Shown in pieces: positions 7,986 to 16,506 of a stretch of DNA of 46,696 nt. Both the position numbers and the translations under genes were made by a program. How positions within the stretch are numbered: the stretch's first letter is position 1; the number at the start of each line of letters is the position of its first letter. The notes beneath the pieces are model-generated. The model ran no database searches. It saw nothing but the letters and a program-made list of their open reading frames with translations, and was not told where the DNA came from. This DNA comes from Candidatus Omnitrophota bacterium. GTDB taxonomy: Bacteria > Omnitrophota > Gorgyraeia > Gygaellales > Profunditerraquicolaceae. Location: NCBI GenBank assembly GCA_016782485.1, contig JADHYK010000002.1:1-46696 (forward strand). The letters run 5' to 3'.

Positions 7986-8378
7986 CCAAATATATCCGAT
8001 AACTTCTCCGCCTAAACCTTTTTCCCGGGCTTGTTTATCCGTCACTATACCTTGCGATGTGGAAATAATAGCTATCCCCTTGCCCCTTATAACTACTGGA
8101 ATCTTGTCGCGTTTTACGTATACCCGCAAACCAGACCGTGAGACGCGCCGGATATTTCTTATTGCGGGCCTGCCTGCGCTATACTTCAGGTGCACTCTTG
8201 CCGTGCCCTGCTTTTTATCCTCTATAATCTTAAAATCCTCTATGTATTCTTCCTTTTTTAGGATCTCCAGAATGGATTTGATGGTATTGGAAACAGGTAT
8301 ATCCACAACATCCTTCTTGGCCATGATGGCATTGCGTATTATCGTGAATACATCGGCTATTAAATCCGTCCTTGACAT
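7983..8378 (-). CDS. rpsH: 30S ribosomal protein S8
   Basis: 131 aa ORF in the spc-operon position. The TAA stop is the first 3 nt of repeat unit PU-B. Confidence 0.96.
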   Translation of the reverse strand: MSRTDLIADVFTIIRNAIMAKKDVVDIPVSNTIKSILEILKKEEYIEDFKIIEDKKQGTARVHLKYSAGRPAIRNIRRVSRSGLRVYVKRDKIPVVIRGKGIAIISTSQGIVTDKQAREKGLGGEVIGYIW

Positions 8379-8389
8379 CTATACTCCTC

Positions 8390-8575
8390 TCACCAGCTTG
8401 CCTTCCTTATTCCCGGGATCAACCCCTGCCAGGCCAGCTCCCTGAAACAAATCCGGCAAAGCTGAAACCTTCTTAAATACCCTCCGGACCTGCCGCAGAT
8501 ACGGCAGCGGTTATGTGCGCGCGTAGAAAACTTTGCCGGCCGCTTCCATCTTGCTATCTGTGAATTCTTAGCCAT
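8390..8575 (-). CDS. rpsN: 30S ribosomal protein S14, Z-type (zinc-binding, 61 aa)
   Basis: Two CxxC pairs (CRICGRS..CRIC) and the short length typical of S14 type Z. Confidence 0.95.
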   Translation of the reverse strand: MAKNSQIARWKRPAKFSTRAHNRCRICGRSGGYLRRFQLCRICFRELAWQGLIPGIRKASW

Positions 8576-8578
8576 CCC

Positions 8579-9145
8579 TTATTGGTTCTCCTGGTTTCTA
8601 AAAGGCATCCCGAATGCCTTGAGCAACTCTTTCGACTGCTCCTTGGATTTGCTGTTTTTTATTACGAAGGTAATATCCATGCCCTGCGTGCGGCTGATCT
8701 TATCATACTCTATCTCGGGAAAGATATTCTGCTCGGTCATTCCAAGCGTATAATGGCCGGCCATATCAAAAGCATCGGCTGAAACCCCCCTGAAATCTCG
8801 TATACGCGGAAGGGCGATACTAAGCAGCCGGTCCATAAACTCATACATTATTGCCCTGCGCAGGGTAACTTTGCAGCCGATTGCCTGCCCCTCTCTTATT
8901 TTAAAGTTAGAGATGGCCTTCTTTGCGCGCCTGATCACCGGCTTCTGCCCGGTAATCAATCCCAGTTCTTCCATGGATTTTTCCAATAACTTGATATCCT
9001 GGACCGCCTCTCCGACTCCCATATTCACCACTATCTTCTCTAGGCGCGGGGCGGCAAACCTGTTTTTGAGATTAAAGGCCTGCATCAACTGCGGGACAAT
9101 TTCATTCCTGTATTTTTCCAATAATCTTGGGGTAATTTTATTCAT
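8579..9145 (-). CDS. rplE: 50S ribosomal protein L5
   Basis: 188 aa ORF in the spc-operon position. Confidence 0.96.
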   Translation of the reverse strand: MNKITPRLLEKYRNEIVPQLMQAFNLKNRFAAPRLEKIVVNMGVGEAVQDIKLLEKSMEELGLITGQKPVIRRAKKAISNFKIREGQAIGCKVTLRRAIMYEFMDRLLSIALPRIRDFRGVSADAFDMAGHYTLGMTEQNIFPEIEYDKISRTQGMDITFVIKNSKSKEQSKELLKAFGMPFRNQENQ

Positions 9146-9453
9146 ATACCCTCTTTACAGCTCTTACAAAATCTTGATTTGCTGCCGTCTTTTAATACCG
9201 TAAAACCAACCCGCACAGGACGGTTACACTGCTTACAGAAAACCATCAGGTTGGAAATGCTAAGGGGGGCTTCTATCGAAACAATCCCTCCCTGCTGGTC
9301 CTGGCGCGTCTGGCGCTTATGCTTCTTGACCAGGTTTAAACCCTCAACCAGCGCACGCCTGCCTTCAGGCAGAAGTTCCAACACCTTGCCTTTTTTGCCT
9401 CTATCTTTGCCTGCGATTATCTGGACTGTATCGCCTTTTTTTATCTTAAACAT
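9142..9453 (-). CDS. rplX: 50S ribosomal protein L24
   Basis: 103 aa ORF with the KOW motif [20 protein letters not shown]. No SD. Hairpin H ends 7 nt upstream of the ATG. Confidence 0.96.
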   Translation of the reverse strand: MFKIKKGDTVQIIAGKDRGKKGKVLELLPEGRRALVEGLNLVKKHKRQTRQDQQGGIVSIEAPLSISNLMVFCKQCNRPVRVGFTVLKDGSKSRFCKSCKEGI

Positions 9454-9455
9454 AA

Positions 9456-9542
9456 AATGAACACTTAACTTACGAGCACGATAGTGTGAGTAAGTTAATG
9501 TGTGAATTTATCCTGAGGCTGCGCAAGCAGCCGAAGGATCTA
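9456..9542 (-). repeat. Composite element E1 in the rplN|rplX spacer: PU-A (9509-9542, opposite orientation) plus hairpin H copy 3 (helix 9461-9503)
   Basis: Plus strand tatcctgaggctgcgcaagcagccgaaggatcta, adjacent to acacttaacttac..gtaagttaatgtgt. Confidence 0.85.
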
Positions 9543-9553
9543 TTGTTCCCCTG

Positions 9554-9922
9554 TCAGATTACCTCTGGAGCCAACGATATAATCTTGGTAAAGTTTTTCT
9601 CCCTCAGTTCTCTTGCTACCGGCCCGAAGACGCGTGTCCCGCGGGGGTTAAACTGATTATCTATAAATACGATGGCATTGCGGTCAAACCTTAAGTAGGA
9701 ACCGTCGGGCCGCCTGATCGGCTTTCTCGTCCTTACTACAACCGCCCTGGCAACCTCACCCTTCTTTATTACCGCTCCGGGAGAAGACTCTTTTATGTTG
9801 ACATTAATTACATCGCCGACGTTAGCGAAACTTTTCCCTTTTGCCCCCAGGACGCCGATCATGGCAACGCGCTTGGCACCGGTATTATCCGCGACATCTA
9901 AAATACTACGCAGCTGAATCAT
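9554..9922 (-). CDS. rplN: 50S ribosomal protein L14
   Basis: 122 aa ORF starting [17 protein letters not shown]. Confidence 0.97.
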   Translation of the reverse strand: MIQLRSILDVADNTGAKRVAMIGVLGAKGKSFANVGDVINVNIKESSPGAVIKKGEVARAVVVRTRKPIRRPDGSYLRFDRNAIVFIDNQFNPRGTRVFGPVARELREKNFTKIISLAPEVI

Positions 9923-10196
9923 CAGTCTCCTCTTTTACCTGCGCATAACTAGCAGCCTTCTTAACTATGGCCGCAAGGCGATAGCGCTTATCCTTTGACA
10001 AAGGCCGGGTTTCAATGATGCGTACCGTATCGCCGATTTTTGCGGTATTATTCTGGTCGTGCGCCTTAAATTTACTGTACTTCTTCATGATTTTAGCATA
10101 CTTGGGATGCTTGCTCATTCTCATCACTCTGACGATAATGGTTTTCTGCATCTTATCGCTTATTACAATGCCCTCGTATTCTCTTCTTTTTCCCAT
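9906..10196 (-). CDS. rpsQ: 30S ribosomal protein S17
   Basis: 96 aa ORF in the S10-operon position. It overlaps the rplN start by 17 nt. Confidence 0.93.
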   Translation of the reverse strand: MGKRREYEGIVISDKMQKTIIVRVMRMSKHPKYAKIMKKYSKFKAHDQNNTAKIGDTVRIIETRPLSKDKRYRLAAIVKKAASYAQVKEETDDSAA

Positions 10197-10197
10197 T

Positions 10198-10389
10198 CTA
10201 TTTCTCTTTCTTTTCGTTTAAAATGGTCTCGATGCGCGCAATATCCTTCCTGACCAGTGAAAACCTGTGCGGTTTCTCTACCCTGCCGCCATAACGCTGC
10301 AGATTAAGTTTGTACAGCTCCGCTTTAAGCTCTTCTTCTTTCTGGAGCAACTCCTCCCTGGAAAGACCGCGTAGTTGGTCTATCTTCAT
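10198..10389 (-). CDS. rpmC: 50S ribosomal protein L29
   Basis: The true start is the ATG at 10389 (MKIDQLRGLSREELLQKEEELKAEL, 63 aa), with GAAGGA 5 nt upstream. The 115 aa track ORF over-extends through the repeat-filled spacer. Confidence 0.92.
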   Translation of the reverse strand: MKIDQLRGLSREELLQKEEELKAELYKLNLQRYGGRVEKPHRFSLVRKDIARIETILNEKKEK

Positions 10390-10392
10390 CTT

Positions 10393-10456
10393 TATCCTTC
10401 GCTCGTTATTTTTCTGTTCTCGCTCAGGATGACCCCGAACGTAATCGAGGGGGTCA
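10393..10456 (-). repeat. Composite element E2c in the rplP|rpmC spacer: PU-C (10430-10456) plus PU-A (10393-10430)
   Basis: The mRNA reads AAA TGACCCC-CTCGATTACGTTC-GGGGTCA TCCTGAGCGAGAACAGAAAAATAACGAGCGAAGGATAAAG ATG. Confidence 0.85.
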
Positions 10457-10870
10457 TTTATGAATCCTGCTAATAAATTTTGTCCGTAACGGCAACTTAT
10501 AAGCCGCCAGCCTGAAACACTGCCGCGCATACTCTTCCTGCACACCGCCTAATTCAAATAATACACGGCCCCTTTTTATTACAGCAACCCAATGGTCCAG
10601 TTCACCCTTGCCCTTGCCCATACGAACTTCGGCGGGTTTTTTGGTTATGGATTTGTCCGGAAAAATCCTGATCCAGAGTTTTCCGCCCTTATGCAACTGC
10701 CGCGCAAGAATAACGCGCACGGACTCTATCTGCGTATTTTTAATCCAGCCGTTTTCCAGGCATTTTAAACCAAACTCTCCAAACGCCAATTCTGCGCCCG
10801 TTGTGGCAACTCCGCGCCTGGAGCCTTTCTGTAATTTCCGGTATTTTACCCTCTTGGGCATTAATGCCAT
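10454..10870 (-). CDS. rplP: 50S ribosomal protein L16
   Basis: 138 aa ORF starting [12 protein letters not shown]. The TGA stop is embedded in a hairpin stem. Confidence 0.97.
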   Translation of the reverse strand: MALMPKRVKYRKLQKGSRRGVATTGAELAFGEFGLKCLENGWIKNTQIESVRVILARQLHKGGKLWIRIFPDKSITKKPAEVRMGKGKGELDHWVAVIKRGRVLFELGGVQEEYARQCFRLAAYKLPLRTKFISRIHK

Positions 10871-10892
10871 CTTTTAAACCCTGGTATAATCA

Positions 10893-11561
10893 TCAAGACA
10901 TCCTCTTGTTGTTCCCATTATAGGATGTCTTCTTGATAAGAATATCGCCTTTATAAATCCAAACCTTGACCCCTATAAGCCCATAAGTAGTTAGTGCCTC
11001 GGCAAAGCCGTAATCAATGTCTGCGCGAAATGTCTGCAGGGGGACCTTTCCCTGCTTATAGGTTTCGGTGCGCGACATCTCGGCACCGTTAAGGCGCCCG
11101 GCACAACTCACCCTGATGCCCTGGGCACCGGCGTTTATCGACTGTTCCATAGCGCGCTTTACCGCCCTGCGGAAAGCGATCCTCTTCTCTAACTGCATAG
11201 CGATGTTTTCCCCCACCAACTGCGCCTCCAGCGCAGGCATCTTTACTTCCTCAATATCAATAGACATCTCTTTTTTAACGATGTTATTGAGGTCCTCGCG
11301 TAAACGTTCGATATCAGAACCGTGCCTGCCGATGATGATACCGGGGCGCGCACTGAATATGCGGATCCTTATCTTTTCAGTAAGCCTCTCTATAATAATC
11401 CTTGCCACCGCCGCATTTTTGCACTTTTCTTTAATAAATTTCCTTATCTTGTAGTCCTCGAGTATAAAGCGCGCAAAATAAGGCGATTTTGCAAACCAGC
11501 GGCTGTGCCACGTCCTTATAAAACCGACCCTGAGTATAAACGGATGAACTTTTTGTCCCAT
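10893..11561 (-). CDS. rpsC: 30S ribosomal protein S3
   Basis: 222 aa ORF starting MGQKVHP, with a KH domain. Confidence 0.97.
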   Translation of the reverse strand: MGQKVHPFILRVGFIRTWHSRWFAKSPYFARFILEDYKIRKFIKEKCKNAAVARIIIERLTEKIRIRIFSARPGIIIGRHGSDIERLREDLNNIVKKEMSIDIEEVKMPALEAQLVGENIAMQLEKRIAFRRAVKRAMEQSINAGAQGIRVSCAGRLNGAEMSRTETYKQGKVPLQTFRADIDYGFAEALTTYGLIGVKVWIYKGDILIKKTSYNGNNKRMS

Positions 11562-11564
11562 ATT

Positions 11565-11897
11565 TTATCCTTTAATATCCAGCTCTATTCTTATATGCGA
11601 AGTCCTCTTTTTAATCGGGGCGGCCCTGCCGAAAGCAGCGGCCTTAAACCTTTTCCAACTTGGGCCGGAATTGCAAACTATCTTTGATATGTAAAGCTGT
11701 CCCGGATTGAAACCTTTAACTTTTGCATTGGCTACTGCGGAGTTCAATATCTTTGCCAGAAATTCCTTCGGGCGTTTGTTTAATATCCGAAGAATGCTCT
11801 GCGCGGTCAAGACGTCCTTGTGGCGGATAAGCGCCATTACCTGCCTAACCTTCATAGGTGAAACCCTTAAAAACTTGCCCTCTGCCTTAACAATCAT
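11565..11897 (-). CDS. rplV: 50S ribosomal protein L22
   Basis: 110 aa ORF in the S10-operon position. Confidence 0.96.
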   Translation of the reverse strand: MIVKAEGKFLRVSPMKVRQVMALIRHKDVLTAQSILRILNKRPKEFLAKILNSAVANAKVKGFNPGQLYISKIVCNSGPSWKRFKAAAFGRAAPIKKRTSHIRIELDIKG

Positions 11898-11933
11898 TTT
11901 ATCCCCTAACTACCAACTACTATCTACTGACTA
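11898..11933 (-). repeat. Low-complexity GTAG/TAG-rich spacer between rpsS and rplV
   Basis: The mRNA reads TAGTAGTCAGTAGATAGTAGTTGGTAGTTAGGGGATAAA ATG. There is a tandem in-frame TAG TAG after rpsS. Confidence 0.7.
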
Positions 11934-12221
11934 CTATGTTTTATCCGGCGCCTTCTTTGCCTTTACCCCGCCGTGCCTTCTGAATATGCGCGTAGGGGAA
12001 AATTCTCCGAGTTTATGCCCGACCATATTCTCGGTAACAAAAACCGGGATATGTTTTTTTCCGTCATGCACCGCAAAAGTAAATCCTACAAATTCCGGGA
12101 TAATCGTCGAACGCCTCGACCAGGTCTTGATCGCCTGGCGGTTGGCAGAACGGCGTACCCGGTCAACCTTCTTCAAAAGCTTTTCATCTACAAACGGGCC
12201 TTTTTTTAACGAACGGGGCAT
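11934..12221 (-). CDS. rpsS: 30S ribosomal protein S19
   Basis: 95 aa ORF starting [12 protein letters not shown]. Confidence 0.97.
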   Translation of the reverse strand: MPRSLKKGPFVDEKLLKKVDRVRRSANRQAIKTWSRRSTIIPEFVGFTFAVHDGKKHIPVFVTENMVGHKLGEFSPTRIFRRHGGVKAKKAPDKT

Positions 12222-12261
12222 AGTTCCTCCCTGCGGTCGTCAAAATTCAAATTACAAATTT

Positions 12262-12333
12262 CAAAATCCAAAATAAATTCTGTTTTTAATTTTAATTTTT
12301 GGATTTGGGATTTATTTTGACATTTGGATTTTG
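12262..12333. repeat. AT-rich long hairpin built from CAAAATCC/GGATTTTG-type repeats in the 122 bp rplB|rpsS spacer
   Basis: 12270-12278 pairs with 12310-12318 (9 bp). 12262-12269 pairs with 12326-12333 (8 bp). There is a 7-nt bulge and a 31-nt loop. Confidence 0.75.
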
Positions 12334-12343
12334 GCATTTGGAT

Positions 12344-13177
12344 TTATCCTCTCCTTTTAACTATGAATTTACTAGAATACCTCTTCTTATGCCTGGTCTT
12401 ATACCCCTTAGTCGGTTTTCCCCACTTGGACACCGGGTGGGGATTGCCCTGCCCGGATTTACCTTCGCCGCCGCCATGGGGATGGTCCACCGGGTTCATC
12501 GCCAACCCTCTTACCGTCGGGCGTGTTCCGAACCAGCGGCTCCTGCCGGCCTTACCCAAGACTATTGCCTCATGTTCTACATTGCCAACCTGCCCGATGG
12601 TAGCGTGACAATCAAGGCTGACCAGCCTAACTTCTCCGGAAGGAAGTTTTACGTGCGCAACTTCCCCCTCTTTTGCCATAATCTGCGCGCTTGAGCCGGC
12701 GCTCCTTACAATCTGCCCGCCCTGTCCCTTGCTTAATTCTATATTATGAATCGCGGTGCCTGAAGGAATATACCTTAAAAGCATGCAATTCCCTATTTTA
12801 ATTTCGGCTTCCTTCTGGTTTGATGAAACTACGCTATCGCCTACATTCAAACCTAAAGGCGCCAAAATATACCTCTTTACTTTATCAGGATATTCCAATA
12901 ACGCAATCCGGGAGGAGCGGTTGGGGTCATATTCAATAGCAGCGACCTTTGCCGGCACTTCAAACATATCCCTCTTAAAATCAACAATACGCATCATACG
13001 CTTGTGCCCGCCGCCATGGTGCCTGACGGTTATGCGGCCGTAAACATTCCTGCCCCCGGTTTTCTTTAGGGGCCGGATTAATGACTTTTCCGGCCTGTCT
13101 TTGGTAATCTCCGAAAAATCAGGGCCGCTCATCCATCGCCTGCCGCTGCTCGTAGGTTTAAATTTCTTTATTCCCAT
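12344..13177 (-). CDS. rplB: 50S ribosomal protein L2
   Basis: 277 aa ORF with motif [13 protein letters not shown]. Confidence 0.97.
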   Translation of the reverse strand: MGIKKFKPTSSGRRWMSGPDFSEITKDRPEKSLIRPLKKTGGRNVYGRITVRHHGGGHKRMMRIVDFKRDMFEVPAKVAAIEYDPNRSSRIALLEYPDKVKRYILAPLGLNVGDSVVSSNQKEAEIKIGNCMLLRYIPSGTAIHNIELSKGQGGQIVRSAGSSAQIMAKEGEVAHVKLPSGEVRLVSLDCHATIGQVGNVEHEAIVLGKAGRSRWFGTRPTVRGLAMNPVDHPHGGGEGKSGQGNPHPVSKWGKPTKGYKTRHKKRYSSKFIVKRRG

Positions 13178-13179
13178 TT

Positions 13180-13458
13180 TTATGCTACCTCAATCTTCTG
13201 GCCATCTTTGAGCGTTACCACTGCTTTTTTAAGATCCCTGGTCCTGCCTAACTGGTATCTTACCCTTTTTAATTTCCCCGTTGAAATGAGGGTGTTTACG
13301 TTTTTGACTTTTACTTTATAAATTTCCTCCACCGCACGGCGTATCTGGATTTTATTGGCACAATTATTGACTAAAAAAAGGTATTTCCCCTCCGGTTCGT
13401 AAAGGGTTGTTTTTTCCGTATGGATCAATGCCCTGATTATATCGTGCGCGTTATCCAT
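13180..13458 (-). CDS. rplW: 50S ribosomal protein L23
   Basis: 92 aa ORF in the S10-operon position. Confidence 0.95.
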   Translation of the reverse strand: MDNAHDIIRALIHTEKTTLYEPEGKYLFLVNNCANKIQIRRAVEEIYKVKVKNVNTLISTGKLKRVRYQLGRTRDLKKAVVTLKDGQKIEVA

Positions 13459-14111
13459 TATTTCAACCTGTTAGTAAGCTGCTCAAGCGCGCCTTTGGTA
13501 ATAATAATCTTGCGGTGCGCCAAAACTTCATATGAATGCGTATCCCTGGCGGCATTAACGTCTAAAAAACTTATGTTGCGCAGGGCCAGTTTCAAATTCT
13601 TATCTAATTTATCCAATAATAACAGTGTGCTGTATTTTTTTGCCCTGCCGGCAGACTTAAAGCTCATTAAATTAGAAAATACCATGGCTGCCTCTTTGGT
13701 TTTGGGTTTATCCAGCTTCAACTCATCTAAAACCATAAAGTTGCCCTCCTTAACTTTGGCGTTGAGGCTTGATTTTAATGCCAAACTTTTTAATTTCTTC
13801 GGCAGCTGGTAATAGAAATTCCTGGGGTGCGGGCCGAAAATAACGCCTCCGTGACGCCATAACGGAGAACGGATAGAGCCGACTCTTGCGCGGCCGGTGC
13901 CCTTCTGCCTCCAGGGCTTAACGCCGCCTCCGGAAACCTCTCCCCTGGTCTTTGTGCTAGCCAAACCTTTTCTTTGGCCCGCCCTATATGCCACCACTGC
14001 TTGATATAAAGAATCCTTATTGACGCTGCCGTCGAAAACCGCAGCGTTTAATTTTACTGAATCTATCTGTTTGCCCTCGCTATTGTATATAGGTAAGGTT
14101 ATTGGCTCCAT
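13458..14111 (-). CDS. rplD: 50S ribosomal protein L4
   Basis: 217 aa ORF with motif GGGVKPWRQKGTGRAR. Confidence 0.96.
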   Translation of the reverse strand: MEPITLPIYNSEGKQIDSVKLNAAVFDGSVNKDSLYQAVVAYRAGQRKGLASTKTRGEVSGGGVKPWRQKGTGRARVGSIRSPLWRHGGVIFGPHPRNFYYQLPKKLKSLALKSSLNAKVKEGNFMVLDELKLDKPKTKEAAMVFSNLMSFKSAGRAKKYSTLLLLDKLDKNLKLALRNISFLDVNAARDTHSYEVLAHRKIIITKGALEQLTNRLK

Positions 14112-14112
14112 C

Positions 14113-14772
14113 TTATTTATTAGCCGCCGGTTTTGCCTTGCTTTCCTGCTTTTCTACAGCCTTCTTTTTCTTTGCCTGCCTTATTATCAAACAACTGTTC
14201 TTAGGCCCGGGCACAGCCCCTTTTACCAGAATCAGATTTTTCTCGGCATCGGCCCTGATCACCCGCAGATTTTGTAAAGTTACCCTCTGGTCCCCCATAT
14301 GCCCGGGTAGATGCTGTCCCTTCCAGACTCTTCCCGGACTGGTAGAGGCGCCGATTGAACCTATGCGCCGATGCGACGTGGAACCGTGGCTCTTGGGGCC
14401 GCCATGCCAATTCCAACGTTTCATACCACCCTGAAACCCGCGGCCTTTTGAGGTGCCGATAATGTCTACGTAGTCGCCCGGCTTAAACAAATCGGCCTTT
14501 AACTCTTCACCGACAGCATACTCTCTTGAAGGGTCCTTTAAGACCTCCTTTATTACTCTACAGGGAGCAAGGTTCCTTTTCTTAAAATACCCTAAAAGCG
14601 GCTTATTGATGCGGTTTTCCTTTACCGGGCCAAAACCTATCTGTATGCTTTTCTCCTTAACCGCAAGCACAGTACAGGGGCCTGCTTCGATAACCGTGAC
14701 GCTGACGAACTTTCCGTCTTCGGCAAAAATATGCGTCATCCCTATTTTTTTCCCTAATATCCCTTTAGGCAT
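14113..14772 (-). CDS. rplC: 50S ribosomal protein L3
   Basis: 219 aa ORF starting MPKGILGKKIGMTHIF. The ATG directly abuts an 11-nt tandem repeat. No SD. Confidence 0.96.
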   Translation of the reverse strand: MPKGILGKKIGMTHIFAEDGKFVSVTVIEAGPCTVLAVKEKSIQIGFGPVKENRINKPLLGYFKKRNLAPCRVIKEVLKDPSREYAVGEELKADLFKPGDYVDIIGTSKGRGFQGGMKRWNWHGGPKSHGSTSHRRIGSIGASTSPGRVWKGQHLPGHMGDQRVTLQNLRVIRADAEKNLILVKGAVPGPKNSCLIIRQAKKKKAVEKQESKAKPAANK

Positions 14773-14822
14773 TTTCAGCGTAATTTCAGCGTAATTTCAG
14801 CGTAATTTCAGCGTATTTCAGC
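14773..14822 (-). repeat. 11-nt tandem repeat (plus tttcagcgtaa; mRNA TTACGCTGAAA): 3 perfect copies, one copy with a 1-nt deletion, and a partial copy
   Basis: Copies at 14773-14783, 14784-14794, 14795-14805, 14806-14815 and 14816-14822. The last unit abuts the rplC ATG. Confidence 0.9.
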
Positions 14823-14832
14823 TTCTATGCTT

Positions 14833-15132
14833 CTACTTTATTTCAACATCCACGCCTGCCGGAAGATTGAGCTTCCTTAATGAGTCGATTGTTTTGGCAG
14901 TAGGCTCAAAAATATCTATAAGCCGCTTATGCGTGGATAACCCGAACTGTTCACGCGACTTTTTATCGATAACCGGAGAACGCAGCACCGTATAAAGCTC
15001 GTTTTTAGTAGGAAGCGGTACCGGGCCGGACAATTTGGCACCGGTGCGCCTTACGGTATCTACGATTTCCGTTACCGCCTGGTCTAACAGGCGGTGGTCG
15101 TATGCTTTTAATTTAATCCGTATCTTTTGCAT
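14833..15132 (-). CDS. rpsJ: 30S ribosomal protein S10
   Basis: 99 aa ORF starting [17 protein letters not shown]. No SD. Hairpin H lies directly upstream. Confidence 0.97.
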   Translation of the reverse strand: MQKIRIKLKAYDHRLLDQAVTEIVDTVRRTGAKLSGPVPLPTKNELYTVLRSPVIDKKSREQFGLSTHKRLIDIFEPTAKTIDSLRKLNLPAGVDVEIK

Positions 15133-15136
15133 AGTT

Positions 15137-15278
15137 AATGAGTGCTTGACTTACGAACATGATAGTGTGAGTAAGTCAATGCACGAGATTCTTCACTTTG
15201 TTCAGAATCGTCCATCGAGTCCTGAACGAAGTGAAGGACGAATTAATCCTGAGGCTGCGCAAACAGCCGAAGGATCTA
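15137..15278 (-). repeat. Composite element E1 in the tuf|rpsJ spacer: PU-A (15245-15278, contains the tuf TAG stop), extra hairpin F (15190-15238) and hairpin H copy 4 (helix 15142-15184)
   Basis: The mRNA reads GCG TAG ATCCTTCGGCTGTTTGCGCAGCCTCAGGATT .. CCTTCACTTCGTTCAG..CTGAACAAAGTGAAG .. H .. CTCATTAACT ATG. Confidence 0.85.
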
Positions 15279-16481
15279 CGCTATAACCTCTGTTACTACA
15301 CCTGCGCCAACGGTGTGGCCGCCTTCGCGTATAGCGAAACGCGACTCTTTTTCCATGGCGATAGGCGTAATCAGTTCTACTTCCATGTTGACGTTATCTC
15401 CGGGCATCACCATTTCTATGCCCTCGGGCAGCTTTGCGGTCCCGGTAACGTCGGTAGTGCGGAAATAAAACTGCGGCCTGTATCCGGTAAAGAACGGGGT
15501 ATGCCTTCCGCCCTCTTCTTTTGTCAGGATATAGACCTGGGCCTTAAACTTGGTGTGCGGGGTAATGGATTTGGGCGCTGCTATAACCATCCCGCGTTCG
15601 ATATCGCCTTTTTCAACGCCTCTCAGCAATAACCCTACGTTATCGCCGGCCTGGCCTTCATCAAGGATCTTCCTGAACATCTCGATACCGGTAACTACCG
15701 TCTTTTTAACTTCAGGCCTTAAGCCAACCAGCTCTACTTCTTCGCCTACTTTAACCTTTCCGCGTTCAATCCTTCCTGTCCCTACCGTCCCGCGGCCTTC
15801 AATGCTGAAGACGTCTTCCACTGCCATGAGTAACGGCTTATCCATGTCCCTCTGGGGTAAAGGGATGAACTCATCAACTGCCTTCATTAAATCAAGGATC
15901 GGTTTGCATTCGGGATTGTTGGGGTCCCCGCCTGCCTGCAACGCCTTAAGCGCGCTGCCCTTGATAATAGGCGTTTTATCGCCGGGGTAATTATATTTCG
16001 TAAGTAACTCTCTTACTTCCATTTCAACCAGGTCAATCAGCTCTTTATCGGAAACCACATCAACCTTGTTCAAAAAAACCACCATCGCCGGAACGTTAAC
16101 CTGGCGCGCCAGAAGAATATGCTCTCTGGTCTGGGGCATTGGGCCGTCTGCCGCGGAAACCACCAGTACCGCCCCATCCATCTGAGCGGCACCGGTAATC
16201 ATATTCTTAATGTAATCGGCATGGCCCGGGCAGTCTATATGCGCGTAATGACGGTTATCGGTTTCGTATTCTACGTGCGCAACCGAAATAGTTAAAATTT
16301 TGCTTTCGTCTCTTACTGCGCCGCCCTTTGCTATTTCAGCGTAGGATTTGGCCTGGGCCTTTCCCAGCTTGGCCAATACATGCGTAATAGCTGCGGTTAA
16401 AGTAGTTTTGCCGTGGTCTATATGGCCAATTGTCCCTATGTTTACATGCGGTTTAGTCCTTACAAATTTATCTTTAGCCAT
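15276..16481 (-). CDS. tuf: Elongation factor Tu
   Basis: 401 aa ORF with motifs [17 protein letters not shown] and NKVD. AGGAGGTG SD. Confidence 0.98.
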   Translation of the reverse strand: MAKDKFVRTKPHVNIGTIGHIDHGKTTLTAAITHVLAKLGKAQAKSYAEIAKGGAVRDESKILTISVAHVEYETDNRHYAHIDCPGHADYIKNMITGAAQMDGAVLVVSAADGPMPQTREHILLARQVNVPAMVVFLNKVDVVSDKELIDLVEMEVRELLTKYNYPGDKTPIIKGSALKALQAGGDPNNPECKPILDLMKAVDEFIPLPQRDMDKPLLMAVEDVFSIEGRGTVGTGRIERGKVKVGEEVELVGLRPEVKKTVVTGIEMFRKILDEGQAGDNVGLLLRGVEKGDIERGMVIAAPKSITPHTKFKAQVYILTKEEGGRHTPFFTGYRPQFYFRTTDVTGTAKLPEGIEMVMPGDNVNMEVELITPIAMEKESRFAIREGGHTVGAGVVTEVIA

Positions 16482-16506
16482 TTAAACACCTCCTGTTAAG
16501 ATTTCG

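Noticed and set aside
10390-10545. 52-codon N-terminal extension of the rpmC ORF (115 aa in the track)
   Set aside because: The extension reads through the PU-C/PU-A repeat and overlaps the 3' end of rplP. The ATG at 10389 gives a canonical 63 aa L29 with GAAGGA 5 nt upstream.
15133-15275. Spacers before rpsJ and rplL as the classical S10 (L4-binding) and L10 leaders
   Set aside because: The same hairpin H and PU-A modules occur in five unrelated spacers, and the rplL copy is downstream of rplJ, not upstream. The sequences do not resemble the operon-specific leaders as I remember them. Confirmation would need Rfam.
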